A stretch of 64,000 bases of DNA from Octopus bimaculoides (GCF_001194135.2 NC_068999.1:41280210-41344209), one strand, 5' to 3'. Positions 14,098 to 27,275 are shown, counted from the first letter of the stretch. Numbers and translations are program-made. Notes: a model not told the origin generated them from the sequence alone.

Positions 14098-14640
14098 GTG
14101 TGAAAGAGGATAGAGAGACAGAAAGAGAGAGAGAGAATGCAAAGAGGGGAGAAGGAACGGGAATGCGAAAAGAAGAGTTACGAAATCGGCTGGAAATAAT
14201 GAACGATGCGCGCGCGCGTGTGTCTGTGTGTGTGTGAGGAAGATAGTGCAATTGTATGAGACAGAGAAATTGAAGGATAATGAGAACTAGTAATGATCTA
14301 CATATACCTCACAATGTGTAAAATGTGTGTATTCGTATCTATGCGTGTGTTTTCGTATACATATATATGTGTGTGTGTGTGTGTATGCCTTAATATGTCG
14401 TATAGAAGCACACATTCACACATGCATTTCCATACATGCATGTAATGTAAGATAAATGACAAATATCTTTCTATAGATATATATATGCATACACGTGTGT
14501 GTATGTATATATATATATGTGTGTGTGTGTGTGTATGAGTGTGTGCATATGTATCTACTCATATATATATATGTGTATGTATGCATGTATGTATGCCTAT
14601 GTATGTATGCGTAAATATATGTATGCGTGTTTGCATCCAT

Positions 14641-14975
14641 GAGTTGGACAAAATACTGAAAACACCTTGCTAATGGAAGTTATATTATTTAGTATGGAGT
14701 TGTCCAGCTTTGGCATCAATTACAGATTTCATACATCGAACAATTGACTCATAAACGCTTTGAACTGATGTTAGAGAAATTTTGTGCTATTCCCTTAGTA
14801 AAATCTGCTCCAGTTCTCTCAGCAATGTTGGTGATGGGAAACGGTCCCTCAAGTTCAAAATGCGCCAAAACTATTCGATTGTGGTAACATGATTTTAGAA
14901 ACTGGTTAGCTCGAAACTTTAATGAATTCAGCAATATTAACGACTGATATTCCAGCCATCTGCTCTTCCATCATT
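14641..14975 (-). mobile_element. Decayed Tc1-like transposase C-terminal fragment with terminal repeat remnant
   Basis: The minus frame reads IE*FWRILNLRDRFPSPTLLRELEQILLRE*HKISLTSVQSVYESIVRCMKSVIDAKAG, the typical Tc1 C-terminus. The end gagttggacaaaatactgaaaacacc is TIR-like. Confidence 0.8.
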
Positions 14976-15600
14976 TGTCAGCTTTAGAAACCAGTTAGGT
15001 GTATCAATGTAACTTATTTAAATATAAATATCTGCTAAACAAAGAGACAATGTTATATCATGAACCACAATGCATATATAATGCACATCAACACATATAT
15101 ATAGACTAGAACAGTTTCATATTTGTCATATTACCAAAAGAAAAGAAAATAGTCAACTCAAAAGTGATATTTCCATTATTTTGTCCGTCCATTATAGAAA
15201 CACATCATAACTTTCACATATTTACGACCGTCACTCTAAACATCGTATGCCTAGGAAGCGGCCTCTCATATTCCACTGAACTCTATTCAAAGCTAGATAC
15301 ATGAGAGAGTATCAAAAAGTACAAAGTGATACTTCTTGTACTTCAAGAATTATTAATGCATAATTCCACCAAATAGTCCCGTAGTTAGAAACAAAATGGT
15401 ACTTGATGCCCACCGTAAGACGCTATTGTTACTCTGTAACAATACAATCGTTTTCGTTCTCATAAAATCAGATTGTCATTTTCCAAAGAATTAAGATATT
15501 TAAATACACACACACACTCATATATATATATATATATATATTTCGTTTTGGGATTTTGTTTGCAAGATACTTTATGTATCTTTGTGTGTTGAAGCATATT

Positions 15601-15795
15601 TTGTTTCTGGGGAGAGGCATTCACTTTCAGTGCCTTACTATTTAACACACTCACCGGTAAAATTTCCACTCATTTACTTATTTTTATTTTTCCTAAAATT
15701 TTCGTTGCGTCTGGCAACGTAAATGAGTGGAAACTTTGCCGGTGAGTGTGTTAAATAATAAGTCACTAAAAGAGAATGACTCTCCCCAGATACAA
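15601..15795. mobile_element. Fold-back / MITE-like element, ~76-bp imperfect arms
   Basis: The inner 38 bp (15639-15676 / 15720-15757) differ at 2 positions, and pairing extends outward to ~15601/15795. The spacer contains the hairpin cgttgc-gtctg-gcaacg. Confidence 0.75.
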
Positions 15796-16744
15796 CAATA
15801 TATATGTGTGTGTGTGTGATGTGTTAGTTGTCCTGCGTTGTGGTTTTTATGGTATATTTTGTGGTTTTTATGGTATATTGACAAGTGAAGTGTCTGTGTG
15901 TGAGGAGGGTCTTTGAATGTAACGCCAAAATTGTCCATGATACGTAGACGTGCTTGTGCAACAAAAAGTACTCAATTCCGTTTACTCTTGTTACCATTCG
16001 ATCCGTCTATCTCTGTTTCTCATCTTCCACCTCTCACAATCTCTATCTCAACCCTCTCTATTTCTCACCCATATGCGTTCGTACACGCGCACACAGATGC
16101 ATATGTATATGTGTACACACATTCATATACATATTGAGAGTGAATAACAAGAAAGCTAGAGAGAGGGAGAGAGAGGGAGAGACTGTGTATGTGTGTGTGT
16201 GTGTGATTATGCCAATATTTGATTAATATGCAGGTTCGTTTCATTTTTTTTCTTTTTTTTTTGGCTCCGGTACATGAGGTTCTTTGAAGAAGCCTCTTGT
16301 ATGACATCCTGTTTCTATATTGTAGCTTAAGTGCTCTTACAGCGCACACAAACTCACAAAATACAAACACACACACGTACACACGCGTATAAGTCTTGCA
16401 GTAACAAGAATATGAACATATTGAAGTACATGCAGATGTATACACACTTTCCGTCTGTGAATTATACATGTGTGTGCGCGTGCGTGTGGACTGATATATA
16501 TAATATATNNNNNNNNNNNNNNNNNNNNNNNNNNNNNNNNNNNNNNNNNNNNNNNNNNNNNNNNNNNNNNNNNNNNNNNNNNNNNNNNNNNNNNNNNNNN
16601 NNNNNNNNNNNNNNNNNNNNNNNNNNNNNNNNNNNNNNNNNNNNNNNNNNNNNNNNNNNNNNNNNNNNNNNNNNNNNNNNNNNNNNNNNNNNNNNNNNNN
16701 NNNNNNNNNNNNNNNNNNNNNNNNNNNNNNNNNNNTATATATAT

Positions 16745-16915
16745 ATATTTTACTCTTTTATTTGTTTCAGTCATTTTACTATGCCCATGCAAATCGACCC
16801 CAGAACTTATTCTTTGTAAGCCTAGTACTTATTCTATCGGCCTCTTTTGCCGAACCGCTAGCTTACGGGGGCATAAACACACCAGCATCGGTTGTCAAGC
16901 GATGTTGAGGAGACA
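16745..16915 (-). mobile_element. SINE family A, 3' half
   Basis: tttgtttcagtcatt..aaatcgaccccagaacttattctttgtaagcctagtacttattctatcgg..ggttgtcaagcg. Confidence 0.8.
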
Positions 16916-16950
16916 AACACAGACACACAAACATATACACACACAGACAT

Positions 16951-16983
<33 letters not shown>

Positions 16984-17354
16984 ATATACATGTGTGTGTG
17001 TGTGTTACAACCTGTAAAAGACCAATACGTAGCCTGTCTGCTCTTTGTTCCTTTTCTCTTTGGAAATGCTTAATGTTTCGTTTTCTTCGACTCGCTACCA
17101 AATGTCTCAATGCCAATATTTCCAAGATTAGTTACAGGAATATCCAAATATTATTATTCCTAATGTTTGACGAACAACACAAGACCAAGAGTTGGCACAC
17201 AGGCTGCGCTCAATGTCTACCATTCTAATTCCATCTTGGAAGTAAATATAAGATTTCTAACACAAAAGGCAAATATTAAAAGGTTACGGTGCTAGCAACT
17301 TCCTGTTCAGACATCGAAATAAACAAATATCTGGGTATATCCTGTTGGACAATA

Positions 17355-17720
17355 ACAGTGAGGATGGGGTGGTGGTGGTGGTGATAGTGGTGGTGGTGGT
17401 GATGGTGGTGGTGGTGGTGTGTAGTGGTGAAGATATTGGCAATGACAGCGATGGTGGTAGTGATAAGGTGATGATGACGGTGGTGGTGATAACGGGTGAT
17501 GGTGACATTTAAGATGTCGGTTGTGATTATGATGGCGGCGGCGGTGGTGGCGGTTATTGTTGTTATTGTTGTTGTTGTGATGACGATATTTAAGCTGATG
17601 ATGTCAATGATGATTGTGGTTACGTTCATAATGATGATGATGATGATGACGAAGGTGCTGGCGTTAGTGCTATTGTGTTTGATGGTGGAGGTGGCGGTGA
17701 GATGGCGGTGATGATAACGA
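17355..17720. repeat. (GGT)n/(GAT)n/(GTT)n trinucleotide low-complexity tract (similar (GTT/GCT)n tract at 13540-13810)
   Basis: Directly visible; source of spurious poly-His/Thr/Val ORFs. Confidence 0.9.
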
Positions 17721-18384
17721 TGTTCTTCTCTCTCACAATATGGCGACGATTCTCAGGGACAAAGTAAAAATATTTACACACAATTTAATGGATTATTTCG
17801 CCATTGATTTACTAATTAGATGCATGTAATTAATACTAGTTAAATAATACTGAAATTGGTGGTGGAGATGATGTTGCAGGTGGTGGTAGTTGTATTCGAG
17901 GGGGTAGTGATGGTGGTCGTCGTCGTGGTGGTGGTCGTCGTCGTGTTAGTGTTCTTGCAGTGAAGATGGCGATATGGAATATTTTGAATAACGGCACAAC
18001 CTCACAAATTTTTAGATGGTGTGGGGCGGGGTATAATAATATAGCTGGTAATATTATCCCCAGTACCTGACTGGTACGTTTTTCATCGATCTTGGCTAAC
18101 TGAAGACTTGGGACGACTTTCGGTGAAATTAAGACAAATCAGAATTAAATCAGAATAGTTTTCTCGATTAATTAAGAATATTTGTGTGACGTCAATTGCG
18201 AAAATGCTGTCACCCACATGAGAAGGCACGTAGCTTAGCGGTTAGGGTATACAGCCGGACGAAATGCTTAGCAGTATTTCGGACATCACTTCGTTCTGAG
18301 TTCAAATTCCTCCGAGGTCGACTTTGCCTTTCATCCTTTCGAAATCATCCTTTAGTAGAAATTATTGTTATTATTATTATTATT

Positions 18385-18710
18385 AAGGCGGTGACCTGGT
18401 TCAGTCGTTAGCACGCCAGGCAAAAAGCGTAACAGCATTTCGTCCAGTTCTATATTTAAGAGAGGAGGAATTATGTACATCATTTACATTTGACGGATAT
18501 TTGTCCTCATCTTGTTTGTTGTTAACGAAGCATCTTGTTTGTTGTGTCAACAACAAACAAGATGAGGACAAATATCCGTCAAATGTAAATAATGAGCTTT
18601 TCGTCCGTCTTTACGTTCTGAGTTCAAATTCCACTGAGGAACAACTGGGGTTGACTTAATCAAATTATCTCCAAAATTGCTGGCCTGGTATCAAAATTTG
18701 AAACGAATAA
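18385..18710 (+). mobile_element. SINE family B interrupted by the 18448-18595 fold-back element
   Basis: Head aaggcggtgacctgg..cgttagcacgccaggcaaaa..atttcgtcc; resumes ttcgtccgtctttacgttctgagttcaaattcc..ttgctggcctggtatcaaaatttgaaac. Confidence 0.75.
18448..18595. mobile_element. Internally deleted copy of the same fold-back family, inserted into a SINE
   Basis: Perfect 42-bp inverted repeat (18482-18523 / 18549-18590). The extension gttctatatttaagagaggaggaattatgtacat matches the reverse complement of ~54010-54048. The ribozyme segment is absent. Confidence 0.8.
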
Positions 18711-18724
18711 GTATGTCATGGTTC

Positions 18725-19865
18725 GTTGTATATTTAGATAAGTTTCCCAAGTAATTTTTAAATTGAGACATTGTCCTAATTGAGTTCTGAAACTTCGATT
18801 AACAGAAATTTCCTTTCTATGTAATCCTTGATATTAAACATCTGGCCATTTAAATTAACCACCCCCACTATATGTCATATCGTCTCACCAAGTCTGATCA
18901 CTCTAGCGTTCAAATGGACCTTTGCTCATTTATGTTTACACCACCTCAACTCTATTCTCTCGCTTTTTCATAATGCTGCTATAATTTCTAACGTATAAGA
19001 TCTCCAACTCTGTCTTATGCGTAAATATATATTCTTCTGTCTTAGAGCAACCAAAGACAATTTAGTTAATAGTTTCTTTCCACCTACACATATTCTGCAA
19101 TTATTAAATGTATTGTGCTTCATTACATGATTTCAGTGGTTTTTAACGGCATCTCTTTGATCCTCTGATGCAATTAAGAATTCTTCCGTCTCAGTTTTGC
19201 ATTCAGCGATTCACGTCCAATTCTACTGCAAGTTTTCCTCGTCTACTTCTATGTGGCTCGGTTTTACGTTTTATTTTCGTTTTGCTTTGTTTTTCGGCCA
19301 TGTATCAGCGTTGCTTGTCATTATTTTAACATGGTATTCCGTCGACACATTTTTAGCTTACTTTTTAACTTTTTCCACAATTTCTGGTGTTTCTTGTTTC
19401 GATCTAAAAACTGTCTGTCATTTCCATTTCTATTTAGTTGTTCACTTTGTATTTTGAGTTATTGTTCTTTTCGTCTTCGATGAAGACAGAAATTAATTTT
19501 TTGTTTCGCTTGTGTTTATCATGTTTTGTAACTATTTCCATTGCCTTTTTTGTAGTTCTTCATTCGACATTCTATCTTAGATTTCTAGGTGCTTAAGACT
19601 CCTTAATCTCTGAAGTCGTAGTAAATATAATCTTTATATGTCAGATTGCCAGTGATGTATTTATTATTTTCCTTGTTTTCCTGTCTAGTCCTTCTAGATT
19701 ATTTGCCCCTTTGAGAATATTATAAAAATAACTTATCACAGTGAGAACAAGAATATCTTTGCATTTACATGTTTTAAATAATAGATCTAATGTATCTGTA
19801 ATACTCCTTTCTTGTCTTTTCGTTCATTTCTGTGTACTGTACTGTCTAATTCGGTGATTCCTAAG
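18725..19865 (-). mobile_element. Decayed R4/Dong-type (RLE-clade) non-LTR retrotransposon fragment: RT thumb, zinc knuckle and start of the endonuclease
   Basis: Minus-strand motifs in the expected order across frameshifts: LGITELD, KEYYRYIRSI, GLDRKTRKII, ETEEFLIASEDQ, CRIC..KETIN*IVFGC (CCHC knuckle remnant), KDYIERKFLLIEVS..DNVSI. Confidence 0.8.
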
Positions 19866-20281
19866 TGTTCTCCTCCTAGGTCGAGTTTATCTTTTGGGGT
19901 TCGATAAAATAAGTACCAGTTCAGGTACGGGGATCGATGTAATCGACTTTCCCTCTGCGCCCAAAGTTGCTGGCAATGTACCGAAATGAGAAGGAGTCAT
20001 TTTTTATCACGGAGATTGACAGGAAAAAAATCTGTTGATGCTGTCGCTGTCTACGCTTGAGAAACGTAGTTTTCGCACCTTTACTTTAGATTCTAATTTC
20101 AAATTCCATCAAGGTAGAGACATTAAACTTTCATCATTTTTCAGAATCGGTGAAATAAGAACCAATCAAGTATTGGCTTCGATGAAATTGATCTCATTCT
20201 TTCTCTGAGTATGTGTGGCCTTGTGCCAATGTCAGAGACCATCATTATTAGTATGTTAGACAAATTATAGATGGGAGAAAC

Positions 20282-20314
<33 letters not shown>

Positions 20315-20657
20315 GCAGCTTCGTTTCCTTTTGAAAGAATAACGACAATGCTATCTACAACGTAATATTTCTAACATCATCAATCACGTATTTCAAAAGT
20401 AATTCAACAACAACAATATCAATCAACGTTTCCGCCATCTTTTTTTATACGATTTCTAAGTCAGACAAAATGGCGGAATTTCCATGAAAGGAAAAACTAG
20501 ATTAGGGACCAAATGAATAGACCACAGAAGGAAAACTCATTTTTAACTGCGTGAATAGCGGAGCAGACACATATTTAGATAAATGACTGATGAACGGAGT
20601 AGATAAAATTTTGGAGCTAAACCAAAAAATTTTGAACATTCTGCTTTATTCGTCATG

Positions 20658-20705
<48 letters not shown>

Positions 20706-21189
20706 NNNNNNNNNNNNNNNNNNNNNNNNNNNNNNNNNNNNNNNNNNNNNNNNNNNNNNNNNNNNNNNNNNNNNNNNNNNNNNNNNNNNNNNNNNNNNNN
20801 NNNNNNNNNNNNNNNNNNNNNNNNNNNNNNNNNNNNNNNNNNNNNNNNNNNNNNNNNNNNNNNNNNNNNNNNNNNNNNNNNNNNNNNNNNNNNNNNNNNN
20901 NNNNNNNNNNNNNNNNNNNNNNNNNNNNNNNNNNNNNNNNNNNNNNNNNNNNNNNNNNNNNNNNNNNNNNNNNNNNNNNNNNNNNNNNNNNNNNNNNNNN
21001 NNNNNNNNNNNNNNNNNNNNNNNNNNNNNNNNNNNNNNNNNNNNNNNNNNNNNNNNNNNNNNNNNNNNNNNNNNNNNNNNNNNNNNNNNNNNNNNNNNNN
21101 NNNNNNNNNNNNNNNNNNNNNNNNNNNNNNNNNNNNNNNNNNNNNNNNNNNNNNNNNNNNNNNNNNNNNNNNNNNNNNNNNNNNNNNNN

Positions 21190-21525
21190 CAGTCCCACTG
21201 CGTGGCACCTTGGCCAAGTGTCTTCTACGATAGCCTCGGGCCGACCAAAGCCTCGTGAGTAGATTTGGTAGACGGAAACTGAAAGAAGCCCGTCGTATAT
21301 ATGTATATATATATATGTGTGTGTTTGTGTGTCTGTGTTTGTCCTCCTAGCATTGCTTGACAACCGATGCTGGTGTGTTTATGTCCCCGTAACTTAGCGG
21401 TTCGGCAAAAAGAGACCGATAGAATAAGTACTAGGCTTACAAAGAATAAGTCCCGGGGTCGATTTGCTCGACTAAAGGCGGTGCTCCAGCATGGCCGCAG
21501 TCAAGTGACTGAAACAAGTAAAAGA
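21190..21525 (+). mobile_element. SINE family A, well-preserved copy (head lost in N-gap)
   Basis: Complete body, internal (TA)/(TG) tract and 3' tail ending gactgaaacaagtaaaagagt. Confidence 0.88.
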
Positions 21526-21754
21526 GTATATACGCGTATATATGTATATGTGTGTGTGTGTACATATACACGTACACATATATTTATACACACACATAGA
21601 AACATACCTAGACACGTACATATATATCTATATACACACATAGAGAGAGACAGAGACAGAGAAAGTGTCTACGTGTATGTGTCAGGTGTGCGTATTGATC
21701 TTTTCAGTTTTATCCGACCCTAATCTTAACCCGAATATTAAGAGAGAGCCCTTG

Positions 21755-21888
21755 GTATTAAGGTGATCGTATCGAATAAATTTGATTACCGTACAGTTGC
21801 ATTGCAATGCTCCGGCCCGAAATATGACAATATTTTGCTTCGGCAAAATTGGAAAAAGTTGGTTGCCTTAGTTTTGGGACACACTGTA
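21755..21888. mobile_element. Tc1/mariner-type MITE terminus
   Basis: Ends in ttttgggacacactg-TA, a CAGTGTGTCCCAAAA-type TIR with TA target. No partner end was seen. Confidence 0.4.
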
Positions 21889-23484
21889 TATATATATATA
21901 TATATATATATNNNNNNNNNNNNNNNNNNNNNNNNNNNNNNNNNNNNNNNNNNNNNNNNNNNNNNNNNNNNNNNNNNNNNNNNNNNNNNNNNNNNNNNNN
22001 NNNNNNNNNNNNNNNNNNNNNNNNNNNNNNNNNNNNNNNNNNNNNNNNNNNNNNNNNNNNNNNNNNNNNNNNNNNNNNNNNNNNNNNNNNNNNNNNNNNN
22101 NNNNNNNNNNNNNNNNNNNNNNNNNNNNNNNNNNNNNNNNNNNNNNNNNNNNNNNNNNNNNNNNNNNNNNNNNNNNNNNNNNNNNNNNNNNNNNNNNNNN
22201 NNNNNNNNNNNNNNNNNNNNNNNNNNNNNNNNNNNNNNNNNNNNNNNNNNNNNNNNNNNNNNNNNNNNNNNNNNNNNNNNNNNNNNNNNNNNNNNNNNNN
22301 NNNNNNNNNNNNNNNNNNNNNNNNNNNNNNNNNNNNNNNNNNNNNNNNNNNNNNNNNNNNNNNNNNNNNNNNNNNNNNNNNNNNNNNNNNNNNNNNNNNN
22401 NNNNNNNNNNNNNNNNNNNNNNNNNNNNNNNNNNNNNNNNNNNNNNNNNNNNNNNNNNNNNNNNNNNNNNNNNNNNNNNNNNNNNNNNNNNNNNNNNNNN
22501 NNNNNNNNNNNNNNNNNNNNNNNNNNNNNNNNNNNNNNNNNNNNNNNNNNNNNNNNNNNNNNNNNNNNNNNNNNNNNNNNNNNNNNNNNNNNNNNNNNNN
22601 NNNNNNNNNNNNNNNNNNNNNNNNNNNNNNNNNNNNNNNNNNNNNNNNNNNNNNNNNNNNNNNNNNNNNNNNNATATATATATACAGAGAGAGAGGTACA
22701 CAGATACATATATATATATATGCATGTGTTTTCATTATATGTAGACATTAATATATATATATATATGTGTGTGTGTGTATTCATATATAATATACACTTA
22801 TACGTATATACTGTACCTTAGAGACACACAAACTGACTGACAAAAAGACATAGAGAATGTAAGTCGCTACTAGGAAATCCTCTCTTATTTCGATTTCAAA
22901 TATGGACTTTGTTACACGTTCGTTCCTATCAAACAAACAATTATTGAGGCATTCTATGAAGCAGATATCCTCCACTCTGTGCAGACATCATAAACTTCTT
23001 AATAGCAATATCAGTGCTTAACAAATTGCTTTGGCATTTTACGCAGCGCTCTCCTATCAAATGTGTTTTATCACAGTTTATCTTTTCCTTGAAAAGTTTA
23101 CCTGTACTTCTAAAATAGTGCATTAATAGTTATTGCTTGCTTTGTTTCCTATTATTCATTGATTTTATATATATNNNNNNNNNNNNNNNNNNNNNNNNNN
23201 NNNNNNNNNNNNNNNNNNNNNNNNNNNNNNNNNNNNNNNNNNNNNNNNNNNNNNNNNNNNNNNNNNNNNNNNNNNNNNNNNNNNNNNNNNNNNNNNNNNN
23301 NNNNNNNNNNNNNNNNNNNNNNNNNNNNNNNNNNNNNNNNNNNNNNNNNNNNNNNNNNNNNNNNNNNNNNNNNNNNNNNNNNNNNNNNNNNNNNNNNNNN
23401 NNNNNNNNNNNNNNNNNNNNNNNNNNNNNNNNNNNNNNNNNNNNNNNNNNNNNNNNNNNNNNNNNNNNNNNNNNNNNNNNNNNN

Positions 23485-23519
<35 letters not shown>

Positions 23520-23579
23520 GATAGATAGATATTTTTGTGTGTATGTATATAATACCTATTTGTATTAATTTTTTGGCAG

Positions 23580-23674
23580 ATGCTGATAGCATTCCATATG
23601 AAATTCAACCCTATAACGGTACAGTTTACATAAAGAAACACCTGGAAGTCGGATCTACTACTTATGTGGTCAGG
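23580..23674 (+). CDS. Cadherin-family gene, internal coding exon B ((D)ADSIPYEIQPYNGTVYIKKHLEVGSTTYVVR), phase 1 to phase 0
   Basis: Acceptor ttaattttttggcag| and donor |gtaaga. The 95-nt exon completes the split codon G+AT=Asp. It matches the cadherin F/Y-x-I-x-P-x-x-G-x-V/I pattern, with LE at the LDRE position. Confidence 0.88.
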
Positions 23675-24494
23675 GTAAGAGAAAATTATCATTAACTATC
23701 TTGTTATTTTTGTATTCGATTTAAGTTTTTTGTTATCTACGATATTTTAGTTTTTTTTAAAGCGTTTTCAGAATCTTTTCTGAATCATTTGCATTGTTCG
23801 TGAAGTTTGGACTGAAAATCCCCTGCCAACGTCAGAGAAGAGACAATGCCAATCATAATCAAGTGCAGCTGCAAGTTAACTTCTGCACTATAAATGGGCA
23901 GCGTAGGAACTGAAAATGACTGACGCTCTGGGACAGAAAAATTGAAGATTGTCTTGTGCAGCACCAGTCAGAACGTATTCAAAATGGTGACAAATAAGAG
24001 AGAGCGGGGGGGGNNNNNNNNNNGGGGGGGGGGTAGCGATTAGTGACATAAGCTTAACAAGAGGTAAAGTGAGGCTAATCAGATCCGAGGGGATTTTTTT
24101 TTTTTACGTTAGTAATTATTATTAATATTGTCTATGTGTTTATACGACAAAATGAATATAGAATGACATTATTATTAGTTACAACTGTTTCTGTTACTGC
24201 TCCGTTTTTAACCACATTATACGTAAATAATTCCATGTGATAAGTTACTCAATATGCATAGTTGAATATATCGAGTGGTAGACACTTTATCACATTATAG
24301 CATTTAATCGATTCTTTTTGCATTGAACCGATTTTGTATTATATGCTGCTCTCCGAAACACCCTCTGCTTTTGCCGGTGGGAATCCTGGAGTTTCTGCAC
24401 CAGCGGACTTGGAATAATTAGTGTAGATAACCAAAAATCTATGCGAAGTACTGCATTGAGAATGCACTGACATTCTACACTATCGGAACGTACC

Positions 24495-24860
24495 CCAATC
24501 ACATGGTTCCAGGTTCATTGCCACTGCGTTGCACCTTGAGCAAGTGGTTTCTACTATAACTTTCAGTCAACCAAAGCCTTCAGTGGATTTCGTAAACGGA
24601 AACTGAAAGAAGCTCGTCGGATATCTATGTTTGTGTGTGTGTGTGTGTGTGTGTGATTATCCTCCACTACCGATTGATAACCGGTGTTGGTTTGCTTACG
24701 TACCTGTAACTTAGCGGTCTGACATAAAAGACCGATAGAATAAGTACCAGGCTTTGAAAGTAACAGCACCGGGGTCGATTCATTCGACAAAAAATTCTTC
24801 AAGGCGGTGCCCCATCACGCCCACGATCACATGACTGGTAGAAATGAAAGATAAAAGATA
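24495..24860 (+). mobile_element. SINE family A, near full length, alternative 3' subtype
   Basis: caatcacatggttccaggttc..ttgagcaagtg..internal (TG)n..ccgatagaataagtaccaggc..aaattcttcaaggcggtgcccc..gaaatgaaagataaaaga. Confidence 0.82.
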
Positions 24861-24959
24861 TATATAAGATCNNNNNNNNNNNNNNNNNNNNNNNNNNNNN
24901 NNNNNNNNNNNNNNNNNNNNNNNNNNNNNNNNNNNNNNNNNNNNNNNNNNNNNNNNNNN

Positions 24960-24993
<34 letters not shown>

Positions 24994-25744
24994 CAGGGTG
25001 TGATCAAGTATTTGAATTGATTGCTGCAAACGGTGTACATGTTGGCAAAGTACAGCAAACACCGAAATTATTGTTATTCCATCCTTTTGCTTGTTTGTTC
25101 TCTGTTTTTTGTTATTGTCTTTGTTGTAAGTCAATTTAGAGTCTAAAAGCCAACTGGCTATTAACGGGCGTACAAATTACATAGGAAGGCAAACCACCTA
25201 CTTATTAGCCATAACCAGATAAACGTAGACATAGAAACACAAAGTGCGGTGATGGGCGTGGTGTTCAGCCTGTCGTTCTTTGGTGGTGGTGCCAATGAGA
25301 GCGGTGGAGCTTACAGAAAGTTCTGAGTACTGGTTGCTTCGCTGTGATACGGTAGTGGGCAGATAATTGTGATGAAGAGAGAAGAAAAAATATATTACCG
25401 CTCTTAACCGCAATAATAAAACACGTTTTAGATTTACTTTATAGCTCAAGTATAATTACTTCGCTATTTTCGGAGGTCTTCTACAGTCAGCAGCGTTTGT
25501 TGTCAATACGGCTGACATGCTATAAAACATCTTGCGTTATCCTCATTTCTTTACCTCTTTTTTTTTCTTTTTGTTTGTTTTTATTTCTTCGCAGTTTTAG
25601 TGCTAGGGTTAGGGTTAGTGCTAGGGCCAGGGTTAAAGTTAAGTTTTTGTGGCTCACTGTAAAGTGATGCTCACAGCGAAGCTACGAACTTTGTAATACG
25701 CCTTTCTCTTTATTTCCATCTATATTTAATGAACGCCATTTCCC

Positions 25745-25796
25745 TTGTATGCATGTTATATGATCTATATGTATGTATGTGATATGTATATATATG

Positions 25797-25835
<39 letters not shown>

Positions 25836-26088
25836 CTGTGTGTCTGTCTATCTGTTTATGTACGTACAGGTATAGAAATACACATACACACACATATATA
25901 CCATTTATATATATATATACCTTTATATATGTGTGTATGTGTATACTAATTCACATATATCGACATGTATTTATATATATATATATATATAATACATGTC
26001 GATGTATGTGTGTGTGTGTATATATATATATAATACATGTCAATGTGTGTGTGTGTATATATATATATATATGTGTGTTTGTATATAT

Positions 26089-26138
<50 letters not shown>

Positions 26139-26142
26139 ATAT

Positions 26143-26188
<46 letters not shown>

Positions 26189-26194
26189 ATATAT

Positions 26195-26228
<34 letters not shown>

Positions 26229-26231
26229 ATT

Positions 26232-26296
<65 letters not shown>

Positions 26297-26299
26297 ACG

Positions 26300-26360
<61 letters not shown>

Positions 26361-26797
26361 GATTTTGAATTTGTTCTATTTTCTTTGATTTGTTTTGTGT
26401 AGCTTTTTATGTATTTTTTTAATGATACCCTTGATATAGTCGTTGTTATTGTTAATGGTGTTATCTGTTTTCTGTTGGTTTGTTGTATTTGGCGGTGAGT
26501 TGAAGGTGGCTGAGAAAGGGTAATTGTATTCTGTCTAGGACATCGATAAAATTCCAGAATAGAAAATCGAAATTTCGGTTCGCTATGTAAGGCGCCGGAC
26601 TGTGATGAAAGGTGATAGACGAGTGTTCTTTACTGCCCTCTCACTCTTTCTACCTCTCTCTATCTCTTACTCACACATTCTCACTCTCCCTCTCTCTATC
26701 TATCTCTCAATATTCTGGCCATAAGGTGTTTCATAGTTTAGTCACTCTTCCTCAATTTAGGTAGACATTAACGACTCTGATTCATTTTTATCTCTTG

Positions 26798-26864
<67 letters not shown>

Positions 26865-26955
26865 ATATAAGTGAATATGTATATATATATATGTATATAT
26901 AAGTATATATGTCTTTATATATATATGTATGTGTATATATATATATATATGTATG

Positions 26956-26987
<32 letters not shown>

Positions 26988-27211
26988 CATGTATATATAT
27001 ATGTATATATGCGTATATATGTATATGTGTATATATGTATATATAGATATGTATATATATATATGTATATATGTATAGATATATAAATGTATATGTATAT
27101 ATATATATATGTGTGTGTGTATATGTATGTATATATATATATGTATATATATGTATGTGTAGATATGTATAAATATGTACATATACATGTGTATATATAG
27201 GTATGTATATA

Positions 27212-27251
<40 letters not shown>

Positions 27252-27275
27252 AGTGTGTGTGTGTGTGTGTCTGGT
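25745..27275. repeat. Compound (TA)n/(TG)n microsatellite fields with higher-order units
   Basis: Directly visible. Similar fields lie at ~1-400, 9830-11050, 30450-30890, 41930-42360, 43210-44150, 50710-51320 and 62440-62650. Confidence 0.9.

Noticed and set aside
17276-17711. Poly-His/Thr and Val/Met-rich ORFs
   Set aside because: They derive from (GGT)n/(GAT)n low-complexity repeats.
24005-24033. G-quadruplex-like poly-G
   Set aside because: Interrupted by a placeholder N-gap, so the true length and sequence are unknown.
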